NCBI RefSeq assembly: GCF_009914755.1
Contig: NC_060928.1
DNA: 64,000 nt
Source of the DNA: the human T2T-CHM13v2.0 reference genome, Homo sapiens
Direction: 5' to 3' (one strand)
Both the position numbers and the translations under genes were made by a program. Position 1 is the stretch's first letter. Every line of letters begins with the position of its first letter. Shown here piece after piece: positions 1 to 17,084 of the stretch. Below the pieces are notes generated by a model. The model did no database searches. It was not told the DNA's origin and worked only from the letters and a program-made list of their open reading frames with translations.

Positions 1-166
1 CTCTCCAACCAGGGATGAGTACCTGGGGACCCAGTAGAACCCTCAATTTGTATTGACTCAGAACCCAAAAGAAAACAGAGAAGAACATGTGAAATTATCA
101 AGGTTTTTGGTCAATTCTCTGGCTATGAGTTAGTAATTTCTTTCCACCAGATTTCTGGCTTCTCCT

Positions 167-957
<791 letters not shown>

Positions 958-1325
958 GTGATCTATCACTGAAATTTCTGTAATGATCTATCAAACGGAC
1001 ATATTTGTTAAACAAATATGAAACTAGCTCACTTTGAAAAATATTTGTTACCCACTTTAGAGTTTCACTTTCTCAATTTCTGAGAGAAATTTCAACAATG
1101 AATTTGCCAAAATTTATCAAATAACTATTTACTTTTTACTCTAATTACAGTCTCCTTGTTTAGGAACTAAAGTTAGATAAAACTAGGGCAAAATCAACCC
1201 TACATATCGGAAATTAAACATTTTAGCTTCCTCCTCCCCACTGATTATGTAAAGAGATAGTTTTTTAAGAGTAAGATCATGACTCTCATATAAAGTTATA
1301 ACTCTCATATAATGTTAACACATGT

Positions 1326-1709
1326 TGATATGGTTAGGCTTTGTGTCCCCACCCAAGTCTCATCTTGAATTATAATCCCCATAATCCTCATAATCTCCTC
1401 TTGTCAAGGGAGAGACTAGGTGGAAGTAATTGGATCATGGGGGCAGTTTCCCCCATGCTGTTCTCATGATAGTGAGTTCTCACAAGATCTGATGGTTTTA
1501 TAAGTGTTCGGTAGTTCCTTCTGTGTTCATTCTCCCTCCTGCTCCCTTGTGAAGAAGGTACCTTGCTTCCCCTTCACCTTCCACTGTAATTGTAAGTTTC
1601 CTGAGGCATCCTCAGCCATGTGGAACTGTGAGTCAATTAAACCTCTTTCCTTTACAAATTACCCAGTCCGAGGCAGTACATTACAGCAGTATGAGAACAA
1701 ATTAATACA
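1326..1709 (+). mobile_element. THE1 (THE1D-like) solo LTR
   Basis: TGATATGGTT...TAATACA termini; perfect 5-bp TSD CATGT at 1321-1325 and 1710-1714. Confidence 0.92.
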
Positions 1710-1862
1710 CATGTCAAAATTATATTTAACTGATTTATTAATGAGGGAATCAATAATATACAAAAGTAACTGCTTCAAAAGAGAATTCAAATAGATACAG
1801 AAGTAATCAGGTATACTAAAATGAATTTTCTAATCGATGCATAAGGTGAGATCAGTTGTACC

Positions 1863-2153
1863 TTTTTTTTTTGAAACAGGGCCTCATTCCATCACTTAGG
1901 CTGGAGTGCAGTGGCATAATCATGGCTCACTGCAGCCTTGACTTTCTTGAGCTCAGATGATTCACCCGCCTCAGCCTCTCAAGTGGTTGGGACTACAGTT
2001 GCGTGCCACCAAGTTTGGGTAATTTTTTGTATTTTTTGTAGAAACACGGTTTTGCCATGTTACACAGGCTGTTCTCAAACTCCTGGGCTCAAGAGAACTG
2101 CCCACCTCAGCCTCCCAGAGTGTTGGGATTACAGGCGTGAGCCATTTCACTGC
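1863..2153 (-). mobile_element. AluJ
   Basis: Poly(T) then reverse Alu with J-type ATCATGGCTCACTGCAGCCTTGAC and CTCCTGGGCTCAAG. Confidence 0.9.
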
Positions 2154-3072
2154 ATTTCTAGGAACAGGAACTACCATCAATTTTCTACAACTAAGCATTA
2201 TAAAGTAGCTCAAAGGCAATGAAGGTGCAAATTTTCATAGGATCAGGTAAACTAGAAGGATGCATTAAACATCTAGCATCCCACTGAAAAGATTTTCACT
2301 AATCTCTTCTCACCCATTTCAATCTCTTTCACAAGTTTTCCTGGAATATTTCTTCCCTATGATCATAATAATCTCATATTGTTGTGATCATAAAATAAGA
2401 CTCATCAACTTTGGTCTAGTTATTTATATAAGTGCTGTAAGAGTGTTGATTATATTCCAACAGCAGCATCTATAGATTTGGCTACATTATTCTCTTCTTG
2501 AGGTCCCCAAAATTTAGTGAGGTTGCTGACCTGAGAAGAAGTGATGTTCCTTACCATCTGAAAACCTGGAACTTTGGGAGCCAGATACAAGGCCAGTTTT
2601 TGGGAAGGAGAGTGGAGGTACGTTTTGGTGGTGAAAGTAAAGTCAACCTTTCTACCTTAAATCATGTATGACTGGTCATACATGATTAACTGAGAATAGA
2701 ATCATTCATTCTCCAATACAATACTGCAGATAAAGCCTTGGCTACACAATCGATTTGCCTAACTCTATCTTGGTTTTGAAAAAAAAAAAAAAGGCGGATT
2801 CTTACTAAACCTATGCAAATAATTATATTGTCATAAAAAGTTAGGAGACTCAGTAAGAGTGTCTGATTTGAGTTCAAAATAGGCAAAGAACATAGACAAA
2901 TAAAAGCTCAATTGAATTCTCTACTGTCTCTCACTCAATAGCGAATAGATTTCTATCATCTATTTACAGATATTGACAAATAATTAGACCAAAAAATCAA
3001 ATTCCCAATCACTGTTGCCACTAGAAAAAGGAATAAATTATTGGCCCTGCTCAAATCAAAACCAAAAACAGA

Positions 3073-3410
3073 GGCCGGGCGCAGTGGCTCACGCCTGTAA
3101 TCCCAGCACTTTGGGAGGCCGAGGCAGGTGGATCACGAGGTCAGGAGATCGAGACCAACCTGGCTAACATGGTGAAACCCCGTCTCTACTAAAAATACAA
3201 AAAATTAGCCAGGTGTGGCGGCAGGCACCTGTAGTCCCAGCTACTCAGGAGACTGAGGCAGGAGAATCGCTTGAACCCAGGAGGCAGAGCTTGCAGTGAG
3301 CCGAGATGGCACCAGTGCACTCTGGCCTAGGCAACAGAGCAAGACTCCATCTCAAAAAACAAAAAAACAAAAACAACACAAAATCAGCGGGGAAAAAAAA
3401 AAACCTACAA
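3073..3410 (+). mobile_element. AluSc/Y-like with degenerate tail
   Basis: GGCCGGGCGCAGTGG start; full dimer; TSD AAAAACAGA(G) on both sides. Confidence 0.92.
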
Positions 3411-3637
3411 AAACAGAGTCTCTAAAATTCACTCTATAAGCCAAGAAGAGAGCTTGATCTGCCCACACCTGGGCTTCATCTGCTCATGAGGCTTACTTCT
3501 CCAGCAGTGCTATCAACCTGGCTTTGTCAGGTGGATCTAGGTGGTATCTCAGTGAGACCCATGAAATTATAAAGGGATAATTTCTTAAGACTAAAATTAT
3601 GACCCTCATTTACATTTCAATGAATATGTGTCAAAGC

Positions 3638-3941
3638 TTTTTTGCTTTTTTGCTTTTTTTTGAGACGGAGTTTCACTCTTGTTGCCTAGGCTGGAGTGCA
3701 ATGGCTCTTGGCTCACCACAACCTCTGCCTCCCAGGTTCAAGCGATTCTCCTGCCTCAGCCTCCTGAGTAGCTGGGATTACAGGCATGTGCTGCCATGCC
3801 CAGCTAATGTCTGTATTTTCAATAGAGACGGGGTTTCACCATGTTGGCCAGGCTGGTCTCGAACTTTTGACCTCAGATGATCTGCCTGCCCTTGGCCTCC
3901 CAAAGTGCTGGGATTACAGGCGTGAGCCCCCATGCCTGGAC
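3638..3941 (-). mobile_element. AluSp/Sq
   Basis: GAGTTTCACTCTTGTTGCC..GCAATGG; TSD GTGTCAAAG at 3628-3636 and 3942-3950. Confidence 0.92.
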
Positions 3942-4279
3942 GTGTCAAAGGTTTTTATTTATTTATTAGTGAAAGAACTAGTAAGAGATTAAAAAATTGT
4001 TCAAAGAAGAATTCACAGAATAAACACATAGTCAATCAGGAATGCTGAAATAAATTTGCTAATAGGTGCAATAGTGTGCTTGCCTCCTCCATAAGACAGA
4101 ACCAATTTTACCATCACTGGACAAAATCTGTTTGCATTTCTATGAGCAGAAATCATTTGCACTACCATCAGTTTTTTACAACATTAAGAGTTGTAAAACA
4201 GTTCAGAAACAATGAAAGGTGCAGTTCTCTATAGATTCAAATGACCCCAAAAGATGTGTTAGCCATTGAAAACTATTCT

Positions 4280-4830
4280 ACTGAGCTGGGAGGTTGAGAG
4301 ATGCTTGGAGTCATGGTACCAGTAAGGATCCTAGCAGTGGTCAGATGCCAAAGACCCACGGCTAGTCTCCCACCCTAGTGCTGATCTTCCTTATCCTTCT
4401 ATTCCTACCGAAGGGAGATTCCTGTTCTGAGTAAGAAATCCATAAATTTATGACCTAACATTCTTACTGCCTCCTGCCCTTTAGCTTCCAGGACATCAAG
4501 GAGATGGGGGCCAGAAGTAAAGAGTTCTGGGAATGAAACTAAAAGATCCTTTAGTTTATACATGAGACAGGAGAAAACTAAGTGTGGGATTGTATAGATG
4601 GAGAACAGGGACGATAAAGGCAAAGCTAAAGGGTGAGTTGAGGCTTACTTGATTGTGTGTATTTGAGAAGTGAGAAGAAGGGTAGATAGGGGACAAGAGA
4701 GATGGAAGGGGGAAGACAGAGAGAGTCTCAGTCATCATTCTACTGTCAGGCTTGACAGTCAACAGAGATTCTAAAGTCCTTACCACAGTGAGTGTCTGGC
4801 ATAGTCAGAACTTAGTTCGTAAGACACAGA
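4280..4830 (-). mobile_element. L2 LINE fragment (internal)
   Basis: Purine-rich degenerate similarity to L2 body; boundaries approximate. Confidence 0.45.
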
Positions 4831-6879
4831 CATGGCCACAGACTTGTAAGGATGCATGGGATAGACGGGGAAAAATTATATGAACTTAAGGGGAAAATTA
4901 ACTACTCAAAAAAAGATTTTCAAATTTGTGGGTGAACCTGTTGACATAGCTTCATAATTGTCAAACTTTGAGACTTAAAATGTAGAGCCAGAGAGTTATC
5001 AGAAGTTGTCAGAAAGAGCTACCTCTTTGCTTCCTTTTCTTTTTCTTATTTTATTTGCACTTAAAAATAATGCTGCAGTGAATAGATCTGTATACATAAA
5101 CGTTTCCACGTATTATATAACTTTCTTGTAAAGAATTCCTGAAAGTAGAATAACAATGACAAACACTGAAACACAATACTGTTATGTAAATATAACCATC
5201 TAAATTTCCACCAAGCAGTGCAGGAGGTCATATTAACTCTTTGAAATGAATGACCTACATGACAATAAAAAGCTAGGGTGTGAACTGATTTAGGAACCAC
5301 TCATGTTCCTTCCCAAAAACTGCACTGTACTAGCTTCTTGTCCACTATGTCTCCATTTTGGAGTTCCTGGAAGTGACAAATGTGAGCACTGGAGCTAGAG
5401 GAAGCTTTGGCCTGAAATATACCAAGAGCTCAGTAAAGCAGAAGTAGCTAGCTCAAGCAGACCAGAAGTTCTAATTTGAACTGTTCTATTTCTTTGATTA
5501 ATCAAGAATAGAAAACAGCTATCTTATAATAAATTCTTTTTGTTGGTAGACGTTACCGCTGAAAAGCATAATAGGGAGAAATAACTAGAGGAAGATTTGG
5601 TGACGAAAGAAGGTGGAGAAAATTACTTTAAATCAATGTTAAATCATGCTAACTAGTCAAACAAAAAATAACCAAACAAAAAAAAATCGTGTTAAATCAT
5701 GATGCATGCATTTTGATGGAAAAGAAGGGCGGCTTTAGCCAAGAATTGAAAAGTGAAAGATAGCATCTGTCAGCAGATAAGAAAAATTGTGGGCACAGGG
5801 GGAATTACCAGCCTCCACTGGAGCCCTGAAATCACCTGAGTGTAGCTGACTCAAGTTTCTCAGCTTGTTAGAACTATTAAGTCACAGAACCTGCTTTTAT
5901 CCCACAAGGACCTGTTTACTGGGTTGTGAGTGAGCCCATTACACACGAATACCATGGCCTACTGATTCTTGTTTCCTTGGAAAAGTGTGCTTCCTGCTTT
6001 GAACCGTCCTGTACCTTGGCTCCATTAGGTTTCCATCTGCTTAGGTCAAGCGTGAATCATACACTTAATAGGTGCAATGAAAATGCATATGGCAATGTGG
6101 CAAGGTAGTGCCTCAAACTTTATACTCAGATATACAGGGGGGAAATAAAACTTTTATTTTAAAGCTGATCTAACTCTTATGCCAATTAAAGACATCTCCA
6201 TATCTTCCTATTTCTTTCAGGTTAATTTTTTTTTTTAGTAAGTTCTCAGTCCTCTTAGAATACTTCCCCTTCACCTTTCTCCTCTCTAAAATATTGTCTG
6301 CTGATATGAGGGAAATCATGATTTTAAGTAAGATTGATAAAGTTTCTCACCTGTAGGCTTCTATGCATCTCCTCGTAGCTGGGTCTTTGAAGTTGTGAAG
6401 TCAGGTTTAGCCCCTGGGCATTTGTGATGACATCCATTGACATGTGGCTGGTCACTCCTGGCCCTATGGGAGCATCATGCAGACATCCACTGCTGAAGTC
6501 AGTGGGCCCAGCCATTGGCTTGTTTTTAGGAAGTCCCCACACATTGCTGCCTCATTGCGCTGAGCCCATGTCTCTAGTTCTCACTGTCTTCACATCTCCT
6601 GCACTGTGGAATCAGGCACACCTCAGGTTCATTTCTCCATCCTCCACCTGTGTTTCTTTCCCTCACACCATGTTAGATGTGGCTTAAGCCAAAAGCAACA
6701 ATGTGCATAAAGACCTGCACATATAACCCATAGCTATCTGGATGGCTTTATGGACTTCTCTCAAGACTCAAACCCAGGAGAGAGGATAACAATGTTACAG
6801 GTACCTGACCAGCCTGTCCTACCTTCTCCTGTCTTAAACATTTCATGCTTTTGTCAGTTCTAACACACACATTATTTCA

Positions 6880-9400
<2,521 letters not shown>

Positions 9401-9689
9401 ACTTATCACTAAGTTCAACTTTAAGCTGATGATTATTAACTTGCTCTTCAGAAGTCCAACATATGAGGAGCTAGCCTAAGGAATGTACTATCAAGACATT
9501 CCAATCTGGAATACTGTACATTTAGACCTCATTAGCTTACCACACTACAAATTACATGAGTTGAGTTACATGTTGGTGTCATGACTTTAGCTTTCATCAG
9601 GGTTCAACATAAGCCATATACATAATATTTCTATGTAGCCTATAAATCATAGTTTAAAGCATTATATTAGAAAACTGAGAGGTCAACAG

Positions 9690-11425
9690 TTCCAAATTTC
9701 TCTACCTCCACCCCAAGTATTAATCATTCTCTCCTTCCACCCTGGCTCTGAGAAACAAGTGTCTTTTTTCCTCTCCAAGGCTCACTCATCTTTTCTTCCA
9801 CTATCTCTCACACTTGGCTCAGTAATTATACCTTTACTCTGAGGTCATGTATGACTTTTCCACTCCACCCACTCTTTCCTTACAGTTAAAAAAATTCACA
9901 TTTCACACTTTCTAAAAAATAAAAACTTTCCCTCATCCCTGCCTGTCTCTCAAGCTAATTACCTCTCTTTCTCACTCTCACAGCCAAAATTCCTGAAGGA
10001 GGGAGAGGTTGTGTCCCCTATACCACCTACCCAGCCCCACATGCCCATTTCATCCTAGCCCTGCTGCAATTTGGCTTCTTCTCCCATCACTTCATGCAAC
10101 TACTCCAGGCAAGATTACTAATGACTTCCTGACCTCCAAAGCCTAAGGAGTCTTTTCAGGACAAATCCTGTTTTGGTGCTCCAAAGCTTTGGACATCTTT
10201 TCCTAATTTGTTATCGACCCTTAGAATTCTTCTATGGTTTTTCAGATTGCTCCCTGGATTGCTTTATCATACTATACTTACTATTCCTCTGCCCCGCTTT
10301 AAATGAGGGAGGCCTATGGATATTCCTGTTCCTCTTCTCATACCCACTTCCCTGGCTTTTTAGCTCATACTTATAAGTTGAAGACTCTTGAAATATCTAT
10401 CTCTAACCCTTGCCTCTCTCTTGAGCTCCAAATCCAATTTCTCACAGCTTCAATCGACATCTTCAACAGGATGCCCAATCACATCTCAGATTCAATGTCT
10501 CCAAATAGAAGTTTGTTTCTTTTTCTTTCAAATTTTTTTCTTATATTCCCTATTCTGATGTGCAATTGTCATTCACTGTCCAAATTTAAACAGAGCAATT
10601 CTCTAGTCCAACATTGTCAAATAGAACTTCCAGTGATGACGGAAATCCAGTATGGTAGTACAAGCCACCTGTGGCTATGGAGCACTTGAAATGGAGCTAG
10701 TGTGAATGGAGAACTGAATTTTTAATATATTTAATGTTAACTAATTTAAATTTAAATAGCCACATATGGCTATTCTGTTGGAGAGCATAGCTATAGTCTT
10801 TCCTCTCACCTAAATTATTTTTGCCATCATGTCCCATGGTTTCTATCTTCTAAATTTATTTGGGAAATATCCTTTTGAAAGCACTCATTCTTTTCTATTG
10901 CCACTGTACCACTTGCAAATGTCAATCTGTTTATTTACTTTCCCTGCCCTAAGCATCTTCATTAATCTCATTTTATATTTTGTACAAGATGATATCTAAA
11001 TGTCTATTCATGGCCTATAAGGCCTTTCATTATGTGGTCTACTTTCCTCCCCAGCTACTCCCAGTGCCCTCTGTGACCACCACGTTCAGCTCTTCACCCT
11101 TCTCCTATATGCCCAGTAACACCTCCTAGCTCTTGAACATTCTGTACTTCTGCCTACAATATCACTCCTCTTTATCTTTTCCATGAATTTCCACTCATAT
11201 TAAAGGGCCAAATCAGATGCCAGCTCCTCATTAATGTCATTCCTGATCATCCATGGAAATCTTGTTCCTGCTTTCTTTGCATTTTTATAACATTTAACAG
11301 ATCCTCTATCATAGCACTTAGCACTGTGTCCTATGTTTGCTTGTATATCTGCCTCACTCTTCTGCAGAGCAAAAACAATATCCTATGTAACCTTCTCACT
11401 CCTATCTGTGAATAAATGAATGATC
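9690..11425 (+). mobile_element. L2 LINE 3' portion, interrupted by MER3
   Basis: L2 blocks AAATATCTATCTCTAACCCTTGCCTCTCTCTTGAGCTCCA and GGCCTATAAGGCCTTTCAT; ends AATAAATGAATGA. Confidence 0.75.
10610..10791 (+). mobile_element. MER3 (hAT-Charlie MITE)
   Basis: AATAGAACTT..GCCACCTGTGGCTATGGAGCACTTGAAATG..TTTAAATTTAAATAGCCACATATGGCT. Confidence 0.85.
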
Positions 11426-12369
11426 ATAAAATTCACAATTCCTCCTATAATTAAGAGTCAAAGATGCTTCACCTGAAAAACCTGAGTGCTGCCTTTATTT
11501 AGATAGCTAAAGTTATAAACCTATTTTTTTCTTATTGTGTCTGAGAGCCTTTCATTATCAGATGCATGATAATAGAGCTTTCTTTATTTTTCTATAATTT
11601 AATTTAGGTAGATCACATAACACCCCTAGCTCTATTATTTATTATCTTTGCAACATAATCCCTCTAAGTCTCAACTTTCCCATCTGAAAAATGGGAGTAA
11701 TGATTGAATGGAGAGGACTAATGGTGGAAAAGGAAAGAAAAAACAGAAAGAGAGAGAAAGGGAGGAAGGCATAAAGGAAGGGAGGCAGGAAAAGGGACAG
11801 AAAGGGAGCGAGGAAACATACTGTAAACTCTCAGGTGGAGATACACTTTTCCAGGCCTCCCTTATTGCTCACAAGAATATACCGATGCCAATGGTACCAC
11901 TGATTTGGAGTGAGGTTTTCCCAGATCTGAGAAGAATTGTTTTTTTTCATTCTCTCTGTGAAGAATTGCAGGTCAATTCCTAGGCAACACTGGGTGTCAT
12001 CAGAGCTAGGTCTGAGGCATTCCTAAAAATCAATTGCCCAGTCCATTTGGGATAGTTTTGATAGTTTGCAAATAGTTTTGATTCTGAGTTTGATCTGAAG
12101 ATCATAATTACACATTCATTTATCTACAATAGTTTTCTATGCCTGCTACAGTTTCATGAGGACTCAGTGAGCTCTTAATGTGATAAACCTTTTAAAGCGT
12201 TTTGCCCATAGTAAAGGCTCAATACATGATAGCTATGAATATTATTTATAGTATTCCATAATCCTGCATGTTCTGAAACTGCAATATTTTTGAATGCTGA
12301 ACCATAACTTTCTTCTGCTCAAGTGCTAAAAAGTTCACAGTAACTAATGGCTGATATTTGTGTATATGC

Positions 12370-12990
12370 AGCACTTATCGTTACCGTATTTTTATTTGTG
12401 TGTGTATTTGACTGATGTCTGTCTCCCCCTCTAGGCTATATCTCCATGAAAGCAAGTGCTCTGTCAGTTCTTGGTTACCATTGTATGCCCAGCACTTAAC
12501 AAAGTGCCTAGTACACCAGGAGCACTCAATAAATATTTGCTGAAATAATTTGTTCACTTATTTGAAAAACATTTCAGAGACTGTGCTAGACATTAGAGAT
12601 ACCAAAGCATTTCAATGAAAGTTTTCTGCCTCAATGAATGTTAGTTGAAAAATCCTTATAAGGAGGGTATCAAACCAGTCAGGATAGAGGGGATAGCTAC
12701 GAAATGCTTTCCAGAGAAGGTGACAGTTAAGCTAATCTTGAAATAGGCAAGAAAAAGAGAAAGAATAGTCTAGAAAGAGCAAGTACACACACACATAAAA
12801 ATGATAAAGAAAGGAAAGTCTTTCTGTTTAACTGGAAAAGGGTCTGTGAGAAAGAGAATAACAAGAAACAAGGTGAAAAAGTAAAGAGACATGGGAACAT
12901 GTATTGTGAGCCATATTAAAGATTTTGCATTTAATTATGAAGGCAATCTGGAGACATTGAAGGATTTGACACACAGAAAGAGAATAACCT
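12370..12990. mobile_element. Two L2 fragments in opposite orientation
   Basis: Plus-strand L2 3' end (CACTCAATAAATATTTGCTGAA at ~12525) abutting a reverse L2 piece. Confidence 0.6.
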
Positions 12991-13093
12991 GAAAAACAAA
13001 TGAGGTGGACTAGATCTCTAAAGTGTCTCCAATTTTAGCAGTTTGTGATTCAGAAATGTTGAAAGCTAAATTGAATACTCAAATACAGGTTAT

Positions 13094-13135
13094 GTGTGTC
13101 TGTGTGTGTGTGTGTGTGGAGAGAGAGAGAGAGAG
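13094..13135. repeat. Compound (TG)n(GA)n microsatellite
   Basis: Directly visible. Confidence 0.95.
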
Positions 13136-13499
13136 TAGTTAGATTAAACTGCTATAACAAACAGACTCAAAATGTAATGACAAAAAAGGTTCATGATGCT
13201 CTCATATGCAGCCCAGGTCTGATGTTCATGATTGCCTTTTATGGAGGAGAGAAAGGATCAGCTCCTCAAAGTCCCTCGAGGCTAACAGAGCTCTGCCATA
13301 ATCAACATGTGGCTTCCAAGACCATTTTGGTTTTCATGTCACCATTCCATCCTTTGTGAATGGATTATAGCATATGACTCAGATCTGGAAATATCACACA
13401 TCACTTCCATTCATTAGGATGCAGTCACGTGACCACATCTATCTGCAAGGAAGTCTAGGAACGGTAGGCTAGCTGCTTGCTAAAGCACCCTCTGCCACA
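13136..13499 (-). mobile_element. Old MLT1 (J/K-like) LTR
   Basis: CTGCTATAACAAACAGACTCAAAAT, AGTCACGTGACCACATCTATCTGCAAGGAAG; ends CTCTGCCACA. Confidence 0.6.
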
Positions 13500-14059
13500 C
13501 TATTTTAATTTAGACTAAGGCACTCTCTGCCACACTATTTTAATTTAGAATTTGGGGTATGTTTGTACTCTGTTTCTCCTAAGTGGTTTTATAATTTTTT
13601 TTCTGTTTTAATCCTCTTAGTGTTTGTAGATTTCATTATAAGAGGTCTCAAATCCATTTTTAAAGCAAGTAGAGTGCAAACCACAAATAAAGCAACAATC
13701 ATAAATTTGACTAATGTCAACAAAAGTTTATAGTATTTTATAGTTCACAAAGCATTTTCACACTCTTTAGTTTGTTTTTTTAAAGCAACCCTTTGATGTA
13801 AGCAGGAAACTGTAGTTACTAACAATTTTGAAATATACATGTTATTTGGAGAGGTAAGTAATTTACGTGAAGTTGCCTAATTACACTCATTCTAACAGTT
13901 ATTTAAATGTAGAGAACATTTAAGTGTCTTTCAAATCCCTCTTAAAATGCAGAAGGATTTTTTCAAGTCTCGTAAAGAACAGTTTCTCCTTATTTTAAAA
14001 TAAAGGACATATTCATTAGGAGCAGATATATTCTGACACTTTGTTAAAGGGGTTAAGGT

Positions 14060-14285
14060 GGTATATTCGTTTCCTAGGGCTGCCATAACAAAGTCCCAAA
14101 AACTGAATGGCTTCAATAACAGGAATTTATTGTCTCATGGTTCTGGAGGCTAGAAGTTTGAGACCAAGTTGTCAGCAGGCCATGCCCTTCTGAAGGCACT
14201 AGGGGAGGATTTGTTCCAAGCCTCTCTTCTAGCTTCTGGAAGTTCTTTGGCTTGTGGCAGTATAAATAACTTCAATCTTCACAGA
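14060..14285 (-). mobile_element. MLT1 LTR fragment
   Basis: TTTCCTAGGGCTGCCATAACAAAG..AATTTATTGTCTCATGGTTCTGGAGGCTAGAAGT. Confidence 0.8.
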
Positions 14286-15719
14286 ACTGTGAGACAATAT
14301 ATTTCTAATTTTCTCATCTTTGGCTTGGATTTAGTCAATGAGACAAAGGCCTACATATTAGGGAATTAACACCCTGCAAGGAAATGAAGACAGCTTTCCT
14401 ATGCCCAAGAAGGACTTGGAAAATGCGGCAGTAGAAAGAAGCCAACAAAAAAATTCCAAATGCTCTGGCCACGTTAGGTTTGCCCTTCAAAACATTTTAC
14501 CAGCATTTTGCATGCTGCCCCCGACCAGCCCTTCCCTGGAAAGGAACAGTGTGTGAGCCCCCCACATCTATGTAAGTTTCCCACTTGTCTCCACTGAGCA
14601 ACATTCTTCCCATGAGGTCATGTTCAGCCCCCATCTTTATTCCAGATGACTTTTCAATTCTTTTGGTACCTAGCTTTTATATATTTCAACTGTGGACATA
14701 TAAAACCCAAACCAAGCACAAGATAGGGTACAGAGAGCTCAGCTGTTCTATAGAAAAACATCTTTCAGTACTTTCTCCCTTTTCACCAGCCCCACCCAAC
14801 TTCCCCACCCTGTGTTTTTCTAAAACCCCAAAGAAGAAAGGAGGACAGAGAGTAAAATGTTTTTACTGTTCACCAGTGAACTGGGAAGGTGTTGCTTCTG
14901 TGAAAACTCATGCCCCGGTACCTGGCACACTGAACACTCTGCTGCTTCATTTGTCTGACTGCCTTGTTCACACTTGCCAAGCCAACATCTGTGGATTGCA
15001 TGACTTTTTAATTAGAGGAGATGGAGAGTGTGCGTTTAAAAAAAAAAAGAAAAAAAGAAACATCTGATAGGACTTGCACCTCAAACTTCTACCCACCTTT
15101 CTCTTCCACACCACTCCAGGATTTTTTTCCCCCAAATTAACCTGAGAGATGGAACCACCTCTGGTCCAGCTTGAGGCAAATTTGGCAGCTTTAGAGGTTG
15201 AATGGTGACAACTTACTAACAATCTGCTTTTCTCTGCAAATTGCTAAGGCAGTGGCATTTCTTGGCCAATTCAAAAATCAGGTGATTTCCAAAAAAACTA
15301 CAGCACATTTTTGTCTAGAGTTCTCATCCAAGAGCCAAAGCAAGGTGCTGCCAGAGGCTGCTGGTCCTGAGTCTACTGCTGAAATGCAGTCTTACCAGGA
15401 GGTTGGCATTCCTGAGCTATTTCTTCTAGAAAGGGATAGAAGTTAAGGCAAAAATTTGGAGGATTACAGGATAAAAGGCAGAGGAAAAGGATAAGAAGAG
15501 AAGGTAAATGTCTACTAAGATGTGGTACTTACATGAATGTGGTCATAAGAAAGGCCAAATTAGGCAGCAATTTTATAGAGTTATCACACCCAGATGTGAA
15601 TAGGCTGCATTCAATATCAATCCGCAAAGAGGAACTCTGCTTATATTGTCTCCTTCTTGTAAACACCAGGGTCTCAGTTGCAAATGTCTGTTAGGCCCAC
15701 CTGAATCAGCTTCTCTTTG

Positions 15720-16400
15720 TTACACTTCCTAAAAGGATTTTCTTAAATGCAAGCACAAATATGTCACTCCCACTGCTTAAAACGCTACAGTGGAAACTCC
15801 CACTGCTTAAAATACTCCTGCTCTTAAAGTTCAAGCTCTCACCCACCATGGCTTTAAAAACCTTGCTTCTAGGGCCTTTGCCTAATTCTACAGCTTCTCC
15901 TTCCCAAATGCATTCTATGCTCCATCCATGCCCAGTTCCTTGTAGTTCTTTTAATGCATCCTGTTTGTCTGCTGTCCTAATTCTTGCCTTCCACCCCACC
16001 CTTAGCTCTCTTCAGGCTGCTTGAGACTATCATCCCCTCCTCCTTCTCTTCCTCCCTTTTTTTGTCTTATGGTCAGTTGGCTAACTCCCACTTACCCTAC
16101 AGGCCTTAATGTCAATTTCAGTTACTCTGGAAAGCCTTATCTGCCTTATTTGCCTTGCAAATCTGTGTTAAACACCCTTCCCATGAGCTTTCCCAGAACC
16201 TTGTGTTTTCCCTTTGATCAGGTGCAACCTTCTGTATTATAACTTCCTGGTCACTCATCTCTCTCCTATTCTTACACCCGCCCACCCTAACTCGGGACTA
16301 CTGACTCCAACAACAAGCAGCAGGCCAATCTTGCGCACTAGGACCCTAGCACCACACAGTGTCCTGAACATATAGGTGATCAGTAAATATTTGTTGATGT
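15720..16400 (+). mobile_element. L2 LINE 3' end
   Basis: ATGTCACTCCCACTGCTTAAAAC..; ends CAGTAAATATTTGTTGA. Confidence 0.7.
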
Positions 16401-16583
16401 GATCAGTCATTTATTCAATTAAAATATCCCATGCTCCAATAGTGGAGATAGAAAAGTCTTTGGTTCATGTCTTTGGTTCCCAATCTTTCTATGTAGCCCT
16501 TGATCATTATATTTCAGCTGCAGCCATTTTATAAAAAGAAACAGTGGGATAAAAGATGAACATCACCAACAAAACCACTTTCT

Positions 16584-16919
<336 letters not shown>

Positions 16920-16942
16920 TTAAAAGACTCAGAGTGTTTCAA

Positions 16943-17076
16943 TTTTTTTTTTAATTTTTGTAGAGACAGGGTCTCGCTATGTTGCCTAGATGGTCACAAA
17001 CTCTGGCCTCAAGAGAAACTCTCACCTTGGCCTCCCAAATTGCTGGAAGTACAGGTGTGAGCCACCACACCCAGCC
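16943..17076 (-). mobile_element. Alu left monomer (FLAM-like)
   Basis: Single arm GAGACAGGGTCTCGCTATGTTGCC..GAGCCACCACACCCAGCC; ACTCAGA on both flanks. Confidence 0.8.
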
Positions 17077-17084
17077 ACTCAGAC

